Shown: one piece after another, positions 37,967 to 49,272 of the stretch
How the letters are laid out: every line of letters begins with the position of its first letter
Position numbering within the stretch: the stretch's first letter is position 1
DNA from: Mobula hypostoma
Taxonomy: Eukaryota
NCBI RefSeq assembly: GCF_963921235.1
Contig: NC_086121.1
Span: 14,942,001-15,006,000, forward strand
Reading direction: 5' to 3'
DNA length: 64,000 bases
Made by a program: the position numbers and the translations under genes
The notes under the pieces: model-generated
What the model was told of the DNA's origin: nothing
Seen by the model: only the letters and a program-made list of their open reading frames with translations
Database searches by the model: none

Positions 37967-38674
37967 TAGTGATTTTTGACACTACTTCATGTAGGATGGC
38001 AGTGAAGGCAGTCCATTATCTGCACTGCTTTGTTCAAAAGAACATGGCAGTGGACATTATATGGATTCCTCTGTCGATAATTATTAGGGGCTAATGCACA
38101 GTTTTATGGTACTGTAGTATTATTAGTAGTGTTCTAATTTGTTCTGTATTTTTAAATACGTAATTGTTACTCAGTTAAATGGTAGTTTGTGTTTCCTGAA
38201 GTATTCCCATGAAACTTTGGCAAATTGGGGCAGCTGCTTAATTGGGACAAAATGTACTGGGGTCGAAGTGCCTCACTGGAATGCACTGTAGTTCTGTTCT
38301 GCCTGAGAGAGTGTATGTAAGTGGTACTGGTGGAGTTAAAGTTTGCCTTGGAGTGATTGGTCCATGCTTATGATGTAAAGACATCAGTTGGAAACCTTTA
38401 TCATCTTAGTGTGTGCTTGCAGCCTTTGGGTGCATTAGTAACAGACATGGGGATGACCCACACCAGATTCTTAATGGTGAAATTAAGTTTAGATTAAAAA
38501 TCAAGCATGCAATGTCCTCAAACACAATGGGGCTTTGAAGTCATTACCTTGTTAAGTTCTCGAAGTTTATGTAAGTTTTGCATTTTTCTTCGTCTTCCCA
38601 GCAACTGGATGTCACAGAGGGAGCAGAACTGCCCCAGAGCACAAGATCCCCAGTTAGGAAGAAGAGTGTAAAAG

Positions 38675-39092
38675 ATAATGCTGAGATACATCATAGGATG
38701 CCCTGGGACATATCATCGGTGATGTAACCCGGGGTCATCGGGTATTTCGATCTTTCAACATCGGACACCCTCACCCATGTGACCTAGCCAGGGTTAATCG
38801 GGCCCTGGCTTGTGTCCCAGCAGCATTGGTCCACGGGTCACACCTCTTGATCCGTAGGCATCTGGAGGCTCACTGTGACCGTCCTGATGGCTCTTTTCCT
38901 TCGCAGCCCCCATGATGCCAAGGAGAGAGGAGGTCCTGTAGAGCAAGGTGCCAGCAAAACCTCTACACCCCACCCCTATAGGCTTACAATGTGCCCTCCA
39001 CCCCTGTTTCTGGCACTGCTCTACCAGCTCCTGGGATTTGGTCCTCTTATGCTCAAACACCTTCTCAAACCAGTTTTTCCAAGGAAACTGCA
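38675..39092 (-). mobile_element. HERO-type RLE non-LTR retrotransposon 3' fragment (copy 2)
   Basis: ORF 38794-39060: FEHKRTKSQELVEQCQKQGWRAHCKPIGVGCRGFAG..LLGIMGAAK. The 3' UTR aligns with 10167-10290. Confidence 0.88.
38707..38770 (-). ncRNA. Putative permuted (pseudoknotted) hammerhead-like motif in the HERO 3' UTR, degenerate copy
   Basis: Minus strand reads GGGTG-TC-CGATGT-tgaaagatc-GAAA-TACCC-gatgaccccgggtt-ACATCA-CCGATGA-tatgtc. Copy 1 supplies TGATGT and CTGAT at the two deviating positions. Confidence 0.4.
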
Positions 39093-39831
39093 GGAGTCTG
39101 GGCCTCCAGCCTGCTGGCTAGACTGCTGGAGCTGATTATGTGTTCCTCAGCAGTGCTTCTATCTCGAAACTATTGGCTGACTTCCATGCCCTTTCAATGA
39201 GACCTTGCCTGGAAATAGAACAGAGGAATTTTCAAACTGGATGCCCATTGTGTGCTCGGTGCAGGCTTCCCTTGCCTCAGATTTACATGGATGAAGTGCC
39301 TTGCCCTAGGGTAATAAAGCTGGAAGGGGAAAAAAGAGTAGTTATGTAAAAACATTTGCAATTAAAACTTGTTTTGCCAGTGTCTTTGCATTGTTTATGT
39401 CTACTGGAGTCGACTACCAGAAGTTTCATTATTACAAGCTTCCTTTGGCAATTAAAGTAATTGTTTGCTGAAGATTTTTATCTGTGTGGTTTTAGTGCAA
39501 GGGTGCGGTTGAGGACTGGGATAGGGCTGGTATGGGAAAGCAGAGCAGATACAAACCGAATGAACTGAAGTCCCTTGCGGCCATTACACCATAGGAGACT
39601 GAAAAGTCTTTGAGTCGTTGACAAATCCTGAAGAAAGTACGGCTCATAATACAGTGCTTTCCAAAAATGATCTTTTATATACCAAAGCAAGTGGAAAATA
39701 TTTAGTGACTCATCTGTACAGGTGTTATTAATCACACTGTAGAATGGTCATTCCAAATGAACGAGGTATTTTTCATTTTGCTTCACTGTTGATGTTTCTC
39801 CCACAATTATGCAGAGTTTGTGTTTAAAAAT

Positions 39832-40075
39832 CGTGGCGTATTGGTTAGCACAAGGCTTTATAGTACAGGGGACCAGGGTTCAATTCCCGTTGCTGCCGTA
39901 ACAAGTTGTACGTTCTACCCATAACTGCGTGGGTTTCCTTCCACAGTCCAAAGACGTACCGGTTGGTAGGTTAATTGGTCATTGTAAATCGTCCAGTAGG
40001 CTAGGGTTAAATTGCTGGTTGCTAGGCAGTGTGGCTCGAAGGGCCGGAAGGACCTATTCCATGCTGGATCTCAAT
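39832..40075 (+). mobile_element. V-SINE (HE1-like)
   Basis: gggttcaattcccg B-box, gcgtgggtttcct..cacagtccaaagacgtaccggttggtaggttaattgg core. Confidence 0.9.
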
Positions 40076-40078
40076 GAA

Positions 40079-40346
40079 GTAGAAACATAGGAAACCTACA
40101 GCACAATACAAGCCCTTCGGCCCACAAAGTTGTGCCGAACATGTCCCTACCTTAGAAATTACTCAACTTACCCATAGCCCTCTATTTTTCTAAGCTCATG
40201 TATCTATCCAAAAGTCTCTTAAAAGACCCTATTGTAATCACCTCCACCACCGTTGCCGGCAGCCCATTCCACGCACTCACCACTCTCTGAGTAAAAAACC
40301 TACCCCTGACATCTCCTCTGTACCTACTCCCCAGCACCTTAAACCT
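40079..40346 (-). mobile_element. Young CR1-clade LINE 3' end
   Basis: ORF 40182-40406 contains RFKVLGSRYRGDVRGRFFTQRVVSAWNGLPATVVEVITIGSFKRLLDRYM (CR1 ORF2 C-terminus). Tail (tttctatg)-type. Confidence 0.92.
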
Positions 40347-40397
40347 TAAAAATAAAATAAAATAAATAAAAATTTTAAAAATATATATTAAACCTGT

Positions 40398-40554
40398 GCA
40401 ACACACAAAATGCCGGCGGAACTCAGCAGATCATGCAACATCCATGGAGAGAGAAATGGTTGGCATTTCTGGCCGAGACCCTTCTTCAAGATCCCTCCAG
40501 CATTTTGTGTGTGCTGGTCTGGATTTCCAGCATTTGCAGAATCTCCTGTGATTC
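40398..40554 (+). mobile_element. Older Penelope-like fold-back insertion
   Basis: cacacaaaatgccggcgg.. / ..ctccagcattttgtgtg arms. TSD ttaaacctgt at 40388-40397 and 40555-40564. Confidence 0.8.
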
Positions 40555-41555
40555 TTAAACCTGTTGTGTGGATTTCCTGCCATTCGATTTATTCCCCTCA
40601 TATAAATCCAATTCTGATCAGGGGTGGTTGTTCAAAGTATGTTTATTATCAAAGTATGTGTGCAGTGTACAACCCTGAAAATCGACTTCCCCACGGACAG
40701 TCACGAAACAAAGAACCGTGGAACCAACCCAATCAAAGAGAAACGTCAAACCCTCCCCCACCACACGAAAAAAAATTGCGCAAGCGGCAAAAAGTAAAAA
40801 ATGAGCAAAAACACAGAATGTAAAACATAATAGACACATTTCAGTACAGTTCAGTCTCATATATAACATCTATAACATTAACCCAACTGCCTTCATGCTG
40901 GAAATTCAGAAGGGTGAAATCTAACCCGAGGGAGAAGGGTGGAAAATAAGTGATTAAAAACTTCCCAGTGAAACAGCAGCTTCATTTTACTTTCATTATT
41001 TTTCAGCTACATTTTAGCAAAATATTCAAGTTATGCACAACTGACACCCTTTAGAGCGCTGTGTCACCATCTTATGCATTCTGTCGATGAGACAGATGGT
41101 ATGCCTTCAGCTGGGCTGTGTTCTCAACAAGCAGGCATTGGGCAGGGGAAAGAAAGGCAGGAGTTGGTGGGTAGGAAGGTGTCGTTTCCACTGCGCAGTC
41201 CTACCTGCTTGCCACCTGCTTCTAAAGCTGGAATCAATGCTTCTCTGTTATTCCTTCTGCTACCTACTTGGCCTCCAACGGGTACTGGACAAGGACAAAA
41301 CCAGGATTTATTTAAGCATAAGGGATGCCAAAAGGGGAATCTTGGCAGGTGACAATGCAAATTGAAAGTGGTACTTTTAAGGAACATGCAACAGATAAAA
41401 ATTGAACTGTGTCCAGCAGTGTGCCCATAAAAAGATCTCTCATTCACTTGATTTCAAGGTTTTCTAATTCATTGTAACTTGTGTTCAATTTAAATCTTAA
41501 ATCAGTGGAGTGGTAGTTTAGTAACTTATCTAGACCTGAAGTGAACTGTTCTTGA

Positions 41556-41997
41556 GGAGTGTTTGGTGGCTCTCGACTTCTTCTGACTTGAATTCAGAAG
41601 AATGAGGGGTGACCTCACTGAAACCCATCGACTGTTGAAAACCCTTGATAGAGTGGGTGTGGAGAGTATGTTTCCTATGGTGGGAGAGTTTAAGACCAGA
41701 GGACACAGCCTCAGAAGAGAGGGACATCCATTTAGAATGGAGATGAGGAGGAATTTCTTCAGCTAGAGAATAGTGAATCTGTGGAATTCGTTGCCACAGG
41801 CAGCAGCGGAGGCCAAGTCATTGGGTATATTTAAGGCAGAGGATGATAGATTCTTAATTGGTCAGGGCATGAAGGGATTCAGGGAGAAGCCTGATGAAGA
41901 TTGAGGCTGAGAAGGAAAATGGATCAGCCGTGATGGAATGTGGAGCAGACTCGATGGGCCAACTGGCCTGATTCTGTTCCTATATCTTAAGGTCTTA
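41556..41997 (+). mobile_element. CR1-clade LINE 3' end
   Basis: Degenerate EFRRMRGDLTET..TRGHSLR..FRMEMRRNFFS.RIVNLWNSLP plus CR1 tail. Confidence 0.92.
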
Positions 41998-42007
41998 ACA
42001 ATGAGTT

Positions 42008-42640
42008 TTAAGTTTAAAGTAGATTCATTATTAAAATATGTATATGTCACCATGTACTACCCTGAATGCATCAACTTGGGCGTTCAGCTGGTGTGCAAAA
42101 GACAACAAACTGTGCAAATAAGAAAAAGAAAGAAGGAATGATAATAAATAAACAATAAGTATTGAGAACATGAGATGAAGAGTCCTTGAAAGTGAGTTCA
42201 TAGGTTGTGGGACATTTGAATAGTGGGGCAAGTGAAGTTGAATGAAGTTATCCCATCTGGTTCAAGAGCCAAAGAGTTGAGAGGTAATAACTATTCTTGA
42301 ACCTGGTGGTGAGAGTTCTGAGGCTCCTGTTCCTCCTTCCTGATGGCAGCAATGAGAAGAGAGCATGACCTGGATATTGGGGGTCACTGGTGATGGATGC
42401 TGCTTTCCTGTGACAGCCTTTCTTAATGGTGGGGAGGGCTTTACCCATGATGGACTGGGTTGTATCCACTACTTTTTGTAGGATTTTTCATTCAAGGGCA
42501 TTGGTGTTTCCATACCAGGCTGTGATGCAACTAGTCAATATGCTCTCCACCGTGCATCTATAGAAGTTTGTCAAAGTTTTAGATGTTGTGCCGAATCTTC
42601 ACAAACTCCCAAGGAAGTAAAGACACTGCTGTGCTTTCTT
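42008..42640 (-). mobile_element. Rex1/Babar LINE 3' part
   Basis: ORF 42248-42469 contains CHRKAASITSDPQYPGHALFSLLPSGRRNRSLRTLTTRFKNSYY. Confidence 0.92.
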
Positions 42641-42701
42641 ACGAGTTTGCGAAGTGGTGTGGTGCTCCAAAGAAACGAAGGGAATAACAGCTATTTTCTG
42701 T

Positions 42702-42800
42702 CAACACACATCAAAGTTGCTGGTGAACGCAGCAGGCCAAGCAGCATCTATAGGAAGAGGCGCAGTCGACATTTCAGGCCGAGACCCTTCGTCAGGACTG
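42702..42800 (-). mobile_element. Penelope-like pLTR solo arm with hammerhead motif
   Basis: Minus 42763-42800 reads CAGTC-CTGACGA-AGG-gtctcgg-CCT-GAAA-TG-TC-GACTG. Confidence 0.88.
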
Positions 42801-43164
42801 ATAAGCTTTAGTTACTCAAGTTATCCCAAATAAGCAGCTGCCCCGATTAACTGATGGACCAATTAACCAGAATCAACTGTGTATAGAGGCTACTGAAATT
42901 TCTATCATTTGTAATACATCCTCATTATAAGATGCTTGACTTTTATTTCTGCAATGTTTTGGAGTTATGAAACAATTATTTTAACTGATGGAACATTTAG
43001 TAAGTTGAGGAGCATGAAAGGATCGAAGAAACAAATAAACGCAAAAGTTTTGTGGTTCATTGTCAAGGTCGATAGCCTGCGCATCCGAAATGCTACTTTA
43101 TCTTCTCCACAGGTACTGAATGGCGTGCGTTTTTGTTTTCTGTTGGGTTTCAGCTTTTGCAGTA

Positions 43165-43464
43165 CAGGATGTCCCCGGCTTACGAATGCCCGAGCTATGG
43201 ATACCCCCTATGCATACAAATGAGCTCCCATAATTATGTTATTCTCAAAGGTCCAATATAAATATTATGTTCCTACGAGTGCCACAGCCAGTTTCCCTTG
43301 CCCTCCCCCCATTTATCTTGCAAACTTCTGATAATATTCATTACAATGCTGTGGAGATAGAGTTACCATATCGAGTGATTTTTGTTTACTTTCCAACTTG
43401 GGGGCAAAGTCAACCTAAGGATGTCTGTAAAATTTGAATAGGTTTGCTACCCAGGAGCAGCATG
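43165..43464. mobile_element. Old pogo/Tigger-type MITE
   Basis: TA-caggatgtccccggcttacgaa ... tttgctacccaggagcagcatg-TA, degenerate TIRs. Confidence 0.6.
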
Positions 43465-45219
43465 TAGTATTTCTTTTTGGTTCACTTTCACTTGTTACCT
43501 GACTCAGCTTTGCCCCGCTTCGTACTTTTCGTCAGTACGTGGCTTTGTGTCATTAACTTAAACAGCAATAATTCCAAAAATGTTGCTGTTTTAACTGTTA
43601 GATTAAGATGTCAATGTAACTGCACCAGGGTAACTAGTTGCAGAGACGGTGATTTCCTAAAAACCCTACTTGCACAAAGTCTGTTAGGCTGTTAGTAAGC
43701 ACTCTGCCAAGCATATGCAATTGGATCTATACTGTCTGAAGTAGTTCACAGATAAAGAGTGGTTAATGCCCTCAAAGGAACTCTGTGACTGTCTTTTGAG
43801 CATAAATATCAATATAAATGTGAAACTAGTTTATTCTAGAAGGAAGAACAAAACAAATGAGACAGTATATCCTGCAAGACTCTTCAATGGGATGAAGTAG
43901 AAATGGCAGCAGAGTTCATGAGGAAGATGAATATGAGTTGTAGAGCCCTTGAAAATGTAATACTCCCTTCTGTAGTGGCCAGGGAATTGACGTCATATTG
44001 TTCCTGGAGAGGCCATTATTGGCTTCCTCTGCATACCCTTCCCATTGCCACAGCAGTCGAGCATTTGCCCCTGACCCAGAACAGTTCGCTCTCCTCCATT
44101 CTCCAACCCCCCATCCCCACCCCGTGACCGGCCTGCACCCTGACTCTGACCCTGATCTCTGACTACCACCTGGTTCAGTTCAATTTCTTCCCCACCCAAC
44201 AATTAATGCGACCTCAGACCCAGACGGCCTTCCTGCAGCACACTTGGAAGTGGCATACCACCATTTCAGAAGTGGCTGACTCCACTAGCCTCTGACGTGG
44301 TTGAATCTTACCGTCTCAGGCCATGTTAGAAATGGTCAATGCCATACTCCTAGTTAGTTCTGCACTGTCTCTGTACTGGCATAATTTTTAGAATTCAGAA
44401 TCAATGCGCTGAATGGCCTAACTTTGCTCCTATATCTTAAAGTATGTTAAAAGATTGCAAAGTACTTCAACCCACAGAAAGATCCCCCAACTTTAAGTAA
44501 AAGCTGTCATTATTTACTTTTCAATTATCTGAGGTGCATTTATGTAATTTGTAAGATATTTGTATGATGTATGGATTTTAAAATCGACATTGTGTTAGTA
44601 TCTTCTCTTAATAATCACCTTTAACACTGTACAAATCCACTTAAATTAAAGTATCTCAGATACACACACTCCTTCAAAATCGGTAAGTTTATTTATTGCT
44701 CCTCCTAATTGCTGGTCTGAATTGCAGTTTGAATTGCTTAATTGCGGTCTGGAACAATATGTCTGCTTCAGTTGAACCTGGTGAGGCTCAGATTCCCTCA
44801 AAAATACAATTTCTGCGGCACTAGCCCTAGAGTTACGAAAAATTGCCTTGTTAGCTGCTTTGATCTGCCCTAATGACGGTGGTGGTGCTGAAACCACAGT
44901 GGTATAAGGTTGCGTGTTACACATTGCCTCTGAAGTCTAGGCCTCTATTCATCTAAGCATTGAGCTTTGGCTGGCAATCAAGATCATCTTACAGCCCATC
45001 CCTTTAGCATGCCAAGAATTTGGAAAAATATCTCAAACGCAGGAAATGCCTCCTCGTTTAACAGCTTCTACATCTGCGGAGGAGGGAGGAGGATCCTCAG
45101 GGAGGTAAATTCAGTTTTGAAGTGAATGAAAGGCCTACCTCTGCCAGCGTGGCAATTAAGTTCTAGTGAACCATTGCTCTGTTTTCTATTTTAAAACATA
45201 CTTCATTGTGTAACTTGTC

Positions 45220-45400
45220 AGACCACGCCTAGCTGACCCATTCGTGAGGCGTGAGCCTGTACTGTGAGCGTCGGCAGACTGTTTGACCACAGGTGGCTTT
45301 GCAGCCAGGGTCTATTCCTGACTTCTGTGTGAGCGGAAGTACAGCTGTGTCTAGTCCTTTGCTCGCTTCCTATGTGCCCATGTGCGCGCAAAACCATTGT
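45220..45400. promoter_or_regulatory. Candidate RUNX/ETS/E-box enhancer
   Basis: GACCACA (45285-45291) overlapping CAGGTG, GCGGAAGT (45333-45340), CAGCTG (45342-45347); CpG-retaining unique DNA. Confidence 0.3.
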
Positions 45401-45511
45401 CACTACGCAGTATGAATAGCAGCACGACTTCATTTTTTAATCATAGAGCGTTAAAAACAATGGTGTCTTCACTGCAAGGTTGTTTACTGCAACCCCCTAT
45501 CCCATCGTGCA

Positions 45512-46000
45512 TCTGGGAATGAAAGGGTTAATGTATGAGGGACGTTTGAGGACTCTAGGCCTGTACTCGTTGGGGTTTAGAAGAATGAGGGGGAGATCTC
45601 ATTGAAGCCTTTCGAATATTGAAAGGTCCAGATGAATGGCTGTGGAGAGGATGTTTCTTGTGGTGGGGGAATCTGGAATAGAGCCTCAGAATGGAACAGG
45701 GGTTCCCAACCTTTTTTTATGCCATTGTCCAATACCATTAAGCAAGGGGTCTGTGGACCCCAGGTTGGGACCCCTGGTATAGCAGGACATCGATTTAGAA
45801 AAGAAATGAGGAAGCACTTCTTCAGCCGGATGCTGGTGGATCTGTGGAATTCTTTGCCGTAGGCGGTTGTGGAGGCCAAGTGGTTGAGTATATTTAAAAT
45901 GGAGGTTGATAGGTTGTTGATTAGTCAGGATGTCAGGGAGGGGGCTGGAAGAGTGGGATTAGGAGGGGATAATGGATCAGCCATGATGGAATTTTGGAGT
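45512..46000 (+). mobile_element. CR1-clade LINE 3' part (with hAT MITE insertion)
   Basis: GMKGLMYEGRLRTLGLYSLGFRRMRG..HRFRKEMRKHFFSRMLVDLWNSLP. Confidence 0.9.
45697..45776. mobile_element. ~80-bp hAT (Charlie-like) MITE
   Basis: TIRs CAGGGGTTCCCAACCT / AGGTTGGGA-CCCCTG. Diverged 8-bp TSD gaatggaa / gtatagca. Confidence 0.85.
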
Positions 46001-47279
46001 GGGTCCTACAGTATCAGCATCCTTTTTAATCGGAGAATTTTACATCACAGTGACTGAACTCGGACTAGGTGAAATTGTACCTAGTAGGAAATTAAACAGC
46101 TTGCGTCATATTAGTACACCCAGTGTTTTCTAAGTTTCAGGTGCAGGTCTGATGACTTCAGTGTTTACACGTATTTCAGCCATTGCCAATGTGAATGGGA
46201 ACTCGGGCACAACTAACAGTTGTCATGGATCAGTCACAGAAAGATAAGAGCACATTGTGGTGAAATTCACAGGTGGCTGTGATTGAAGGGAAGTTTATTC
46301 TGATGTTACTTAATTGTTCAAAAAGTCTACTCGACTTTGTGTTCCACTTGTCAAAATCATTTCCCCGGTTTCCTCTTTGTTCATCGTCTTTTTGCTATAC
46401 GCAGCTTAATGTATCAGTGGGATCTTGACTTGCCTGATCTTCTTGCACCTTGCTGCAGCGCACTTGCCGGGCGCTCTCGCTGCTGGTACTGATGTACGCC
46501 CGATAATCACAGTGTTCCCTCACCTTTAATGGCAGTTGGCGATGACTCCTGCAGCAAATTTGGCCCTACGACGCGACCTTTTTAATACGTAATTCAGCAG
46601 AGAAGTGCAATGGCAGCAGTTCCTATGACTCCCATTTGCAAAAAGTGCAGGGTTCCCTTTGGTACCCGGTTCAGGATGCAAACCGCTCTGGCGCTGACTC
46701 AGGGCTGTAAGGCTACTTGCACAGGAAATGAGTGGGAGTTAATGCTATCTCATAATGACAAAGGTGCAACAAAAGTGAGTGAAACCCAATTTCTAGACAA
46801 CTGCATATAACTATTGATTGGTGAGTTCATTAGCTTGATTTAACTCTCTTGCCTCCGGGGCATGACATATATGGGCTTTCTGGACAATATTAAGAATTAT
46901 GTTTCCGACTATTTGGAGGTGCCCACCTGCATTATCATTGTAAAATGCATTGCGTTTGCTTGATTTACATGGACGTGTCCTGCATAAAGCCTCCATTCAG
47001 CATCTGATAGTGATTTGCAGCGCCACGCCAAATGCTGGGTTTAGAGATTTACAGTAGGTTAAAAGGTCAGCCTTTTTGTTTTACTGCATCCTGCCTTTCC
47101 AATATATATGATGGTGGTGGTACTGGGAAAAGCAGAGAGATTGTTCAGTGTCTCTGTGGGCAGTTGTTAAAAACTGCTGAAGTTCTCAGCTAATCTGAGA
47201 ATCATATTTACAGTATTAACCCGTCAGTACTGGACTGTACATGCCTTTTTTATTTTATCTTAATACATGGACAAATATT

Positions 47280-47475
47280 GCTGTCTGGTGGTGTAGTGCA
47301 TCAGGCGAGGCAAGTGTTTCCGGGTTCGAATCCGGCCAGCTCCTTACACGTTTTCCATCTGTGTTGGGTTGAGCGTCGAGCTAGCAACTCCAGCCTCGTA
47401 AAAGACGGACAAAAGCGCTAAAGAAACGGCAAGGTTGCCACCCGATGTGCCACAAGGCGCGGAGAGGAACAGCAG
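47280..47475 (+). mobile_element. tRNA-derived SINE, family B
   Basis: tggtgtagtg, gggttcgaatcc, ..cacaaggcgcggagaggaacagcag tail. Confidence 0.85.
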
Positions 47476-48401
47476 TACATGGATGAGCCATTGGAACAAT
47501 CTGGAGTGAACGCTTTGAGACCGTGCTGTGAGAGGCTAACCTGTTCAATACGGTATTCTGAGAGACGAGCGCCAAGTGGAAATTTATGACCTTTGAGCTC
47601 ATATTTGTTTGTGAATGGATTTATTCAAATGATGTGGCCATTCATTAATGCTTTCAGTGATTAGGTGAAAATCTTTTGGAATCTATCCCATTATAGAGTT
47701 TGCCTGGCGTACATTATGTAGAAGGGAATTTGCCAGAGTTGGCTTTGTTACAAGTTTCTCCCCCTTCCCCCCTCACCCCCAGAAAATTAAAAAAATAGTT
47801 TCAATACTTTAAACCAGATTGACTAAAAGTACCCTTTAAATTAATTTTTTTTTCTTTTGACATTGAAAATAGTTTTAATTTTGGTTAATTCTGTAGTTTT
47901 TGATATTCAATAGATTCCTGCCACTTCTAATCAAAGTACTTTCCAAAAGTGGCAAAAACGTTGCTGTAGTCCTCCTTGTGCCTGGTTTGTTTCAAGAGGA
48001 ATGTGTGAAGAGTGGGTCCCGTATTGGCTTCACACTCTACTCAGAGGTAATGATCAGTATTGGTGCTGGTGAAGTGATGGACGTGGCACTTTATTGCCAC
48101 GGAAACACGGTGTAGTTATGCAGCTGATCAGTGAAGTGGTACATCAGTGTCACACTGCCTCAGAAATCTAACCAAGTAAAAGGATGATAATATTTGCTCA
48201 TCTCGTTCACTATCAGGTAACTACTATGACAATTAATTTCACAGTAGCCCCATGTTAGTGGAAAATGGTCAGCTAGCAGAGTAGTTATTTGGATTTTTAT
48301 TACATTTCTACAATATAGTGAGCAAGCTGCCCTAAATGGTTGTCAAATCTTCGCACTGAAGTAAATTCACAAATGTTTCTGTTCTCTGCCTGGTGAATAC
48401 A

Positions 48402-48888
48402 CACTCTGTGGCCACTTTATTAGATACCTCCTGTACCCGATAAAGTGGCTACTTCATTAACATTCTGTACGTCTGTGGTCTTCTGCTACTGTAGCCCGTC
48501 CATTTCAAGGTTTGACGTGTTGTGTGTTAAGAGATGCTTTTCTGCACTTCGCTGTTGTAATGTGTGGTTATTTGAGTTACTGTCGCCTTCCTGTCAGCCT
48601 GAACCAGTCTGGCCATTCTCCTCTGACCTTGCTCATTAACAAGGCGTTCTCGCCACTCATTATATGTTTTTTGTTTATCAAGTTGTTCTCTGTAAACTCT
48701 GGAGGTTGTTAAGTATGAAAATCCCAGGAGATCAGCAGTTTCTGCAATACTCAAGCCACCCTGTCTGGCACCCATGGTCAAAGCCACTTGGATCACATTT
48801 CTTCCCCATTCTGACGTTTGGTCCGAGCAACAACTGAATTAGATATTTGCATCAACAAGCAGATACCTAATAAAGTGGCCACTGAGTG
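48402..48888 (-). mobile_element. Non-autonomous Tc1-like transposon with terminal TIR hairpin
   Basis: ORF 48527-48796: GARQGGLSIAETADLLGFSYLTTSRVYRE..RRMARLVQADRKATVTQITTHYN; TIRs present. Confidence 0.92.
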
Positions 48889-49116
48889 TTCAGGCTTATT
48901 AACATAGTTTGTTGGTTTGTGTGTGGAAGTGTTGCTTTAAATAAACTGTAGAAGACACCTGGAGTTTAAGAACATGTATTCTTTATTAAGAGCATCTAAA
49001 TCTTTATACAGTAATTATAACTCTTTATTAAGACCAAACAGCAATATTGCAGAAACTTGAGTCACATGTTCACTTACATCATTATATAACGTATGTGAAT
49101 AATTTAGATGTAAATT

Positions 49117-49272
49117 GATTTATTTGGAGATACAGCACGGCAGCAGGCTAGTCTGCCCAACGAGCCCATGCCGCCCAGCCACACCCATGTGACTCATTCA
49201 GTACTAACTCTTCCTCTTTGGAATGTGGGAGGAAACAGGAGCACCCAGAGGAAACCTCTACCGTCACACAGA
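49117..49272 (-). mobile_element. V-SINE fragment
   Basis: tttatttggagatacagcacgg..tctttggaatgtgggaggaaacaggagcacccagaggaaacc. Confidence 0.8.

Larger units (their letters stand above)
36807..38288 (+). mobile_element. pogo/Tigger-like non-autonomous transposon with two nested insertions
   Basis: Termini cagtggattc.. / ..gaatgcactg-TA. ORF 37495-37749 contains SWREINSKAIQNRFAHCSFK, the pogo/Tigger DDE C-terminal 'W..I...TI.NCF' motif. The left end matches the 42815-42879 copy. Confidence 0.8.

Noticed and set aside
47056-47069. Fourth DR2 (AGGTTAaaAGGTCA)
   Set aside because: One mismatch, and the context resembles a CR1 tail remnant.
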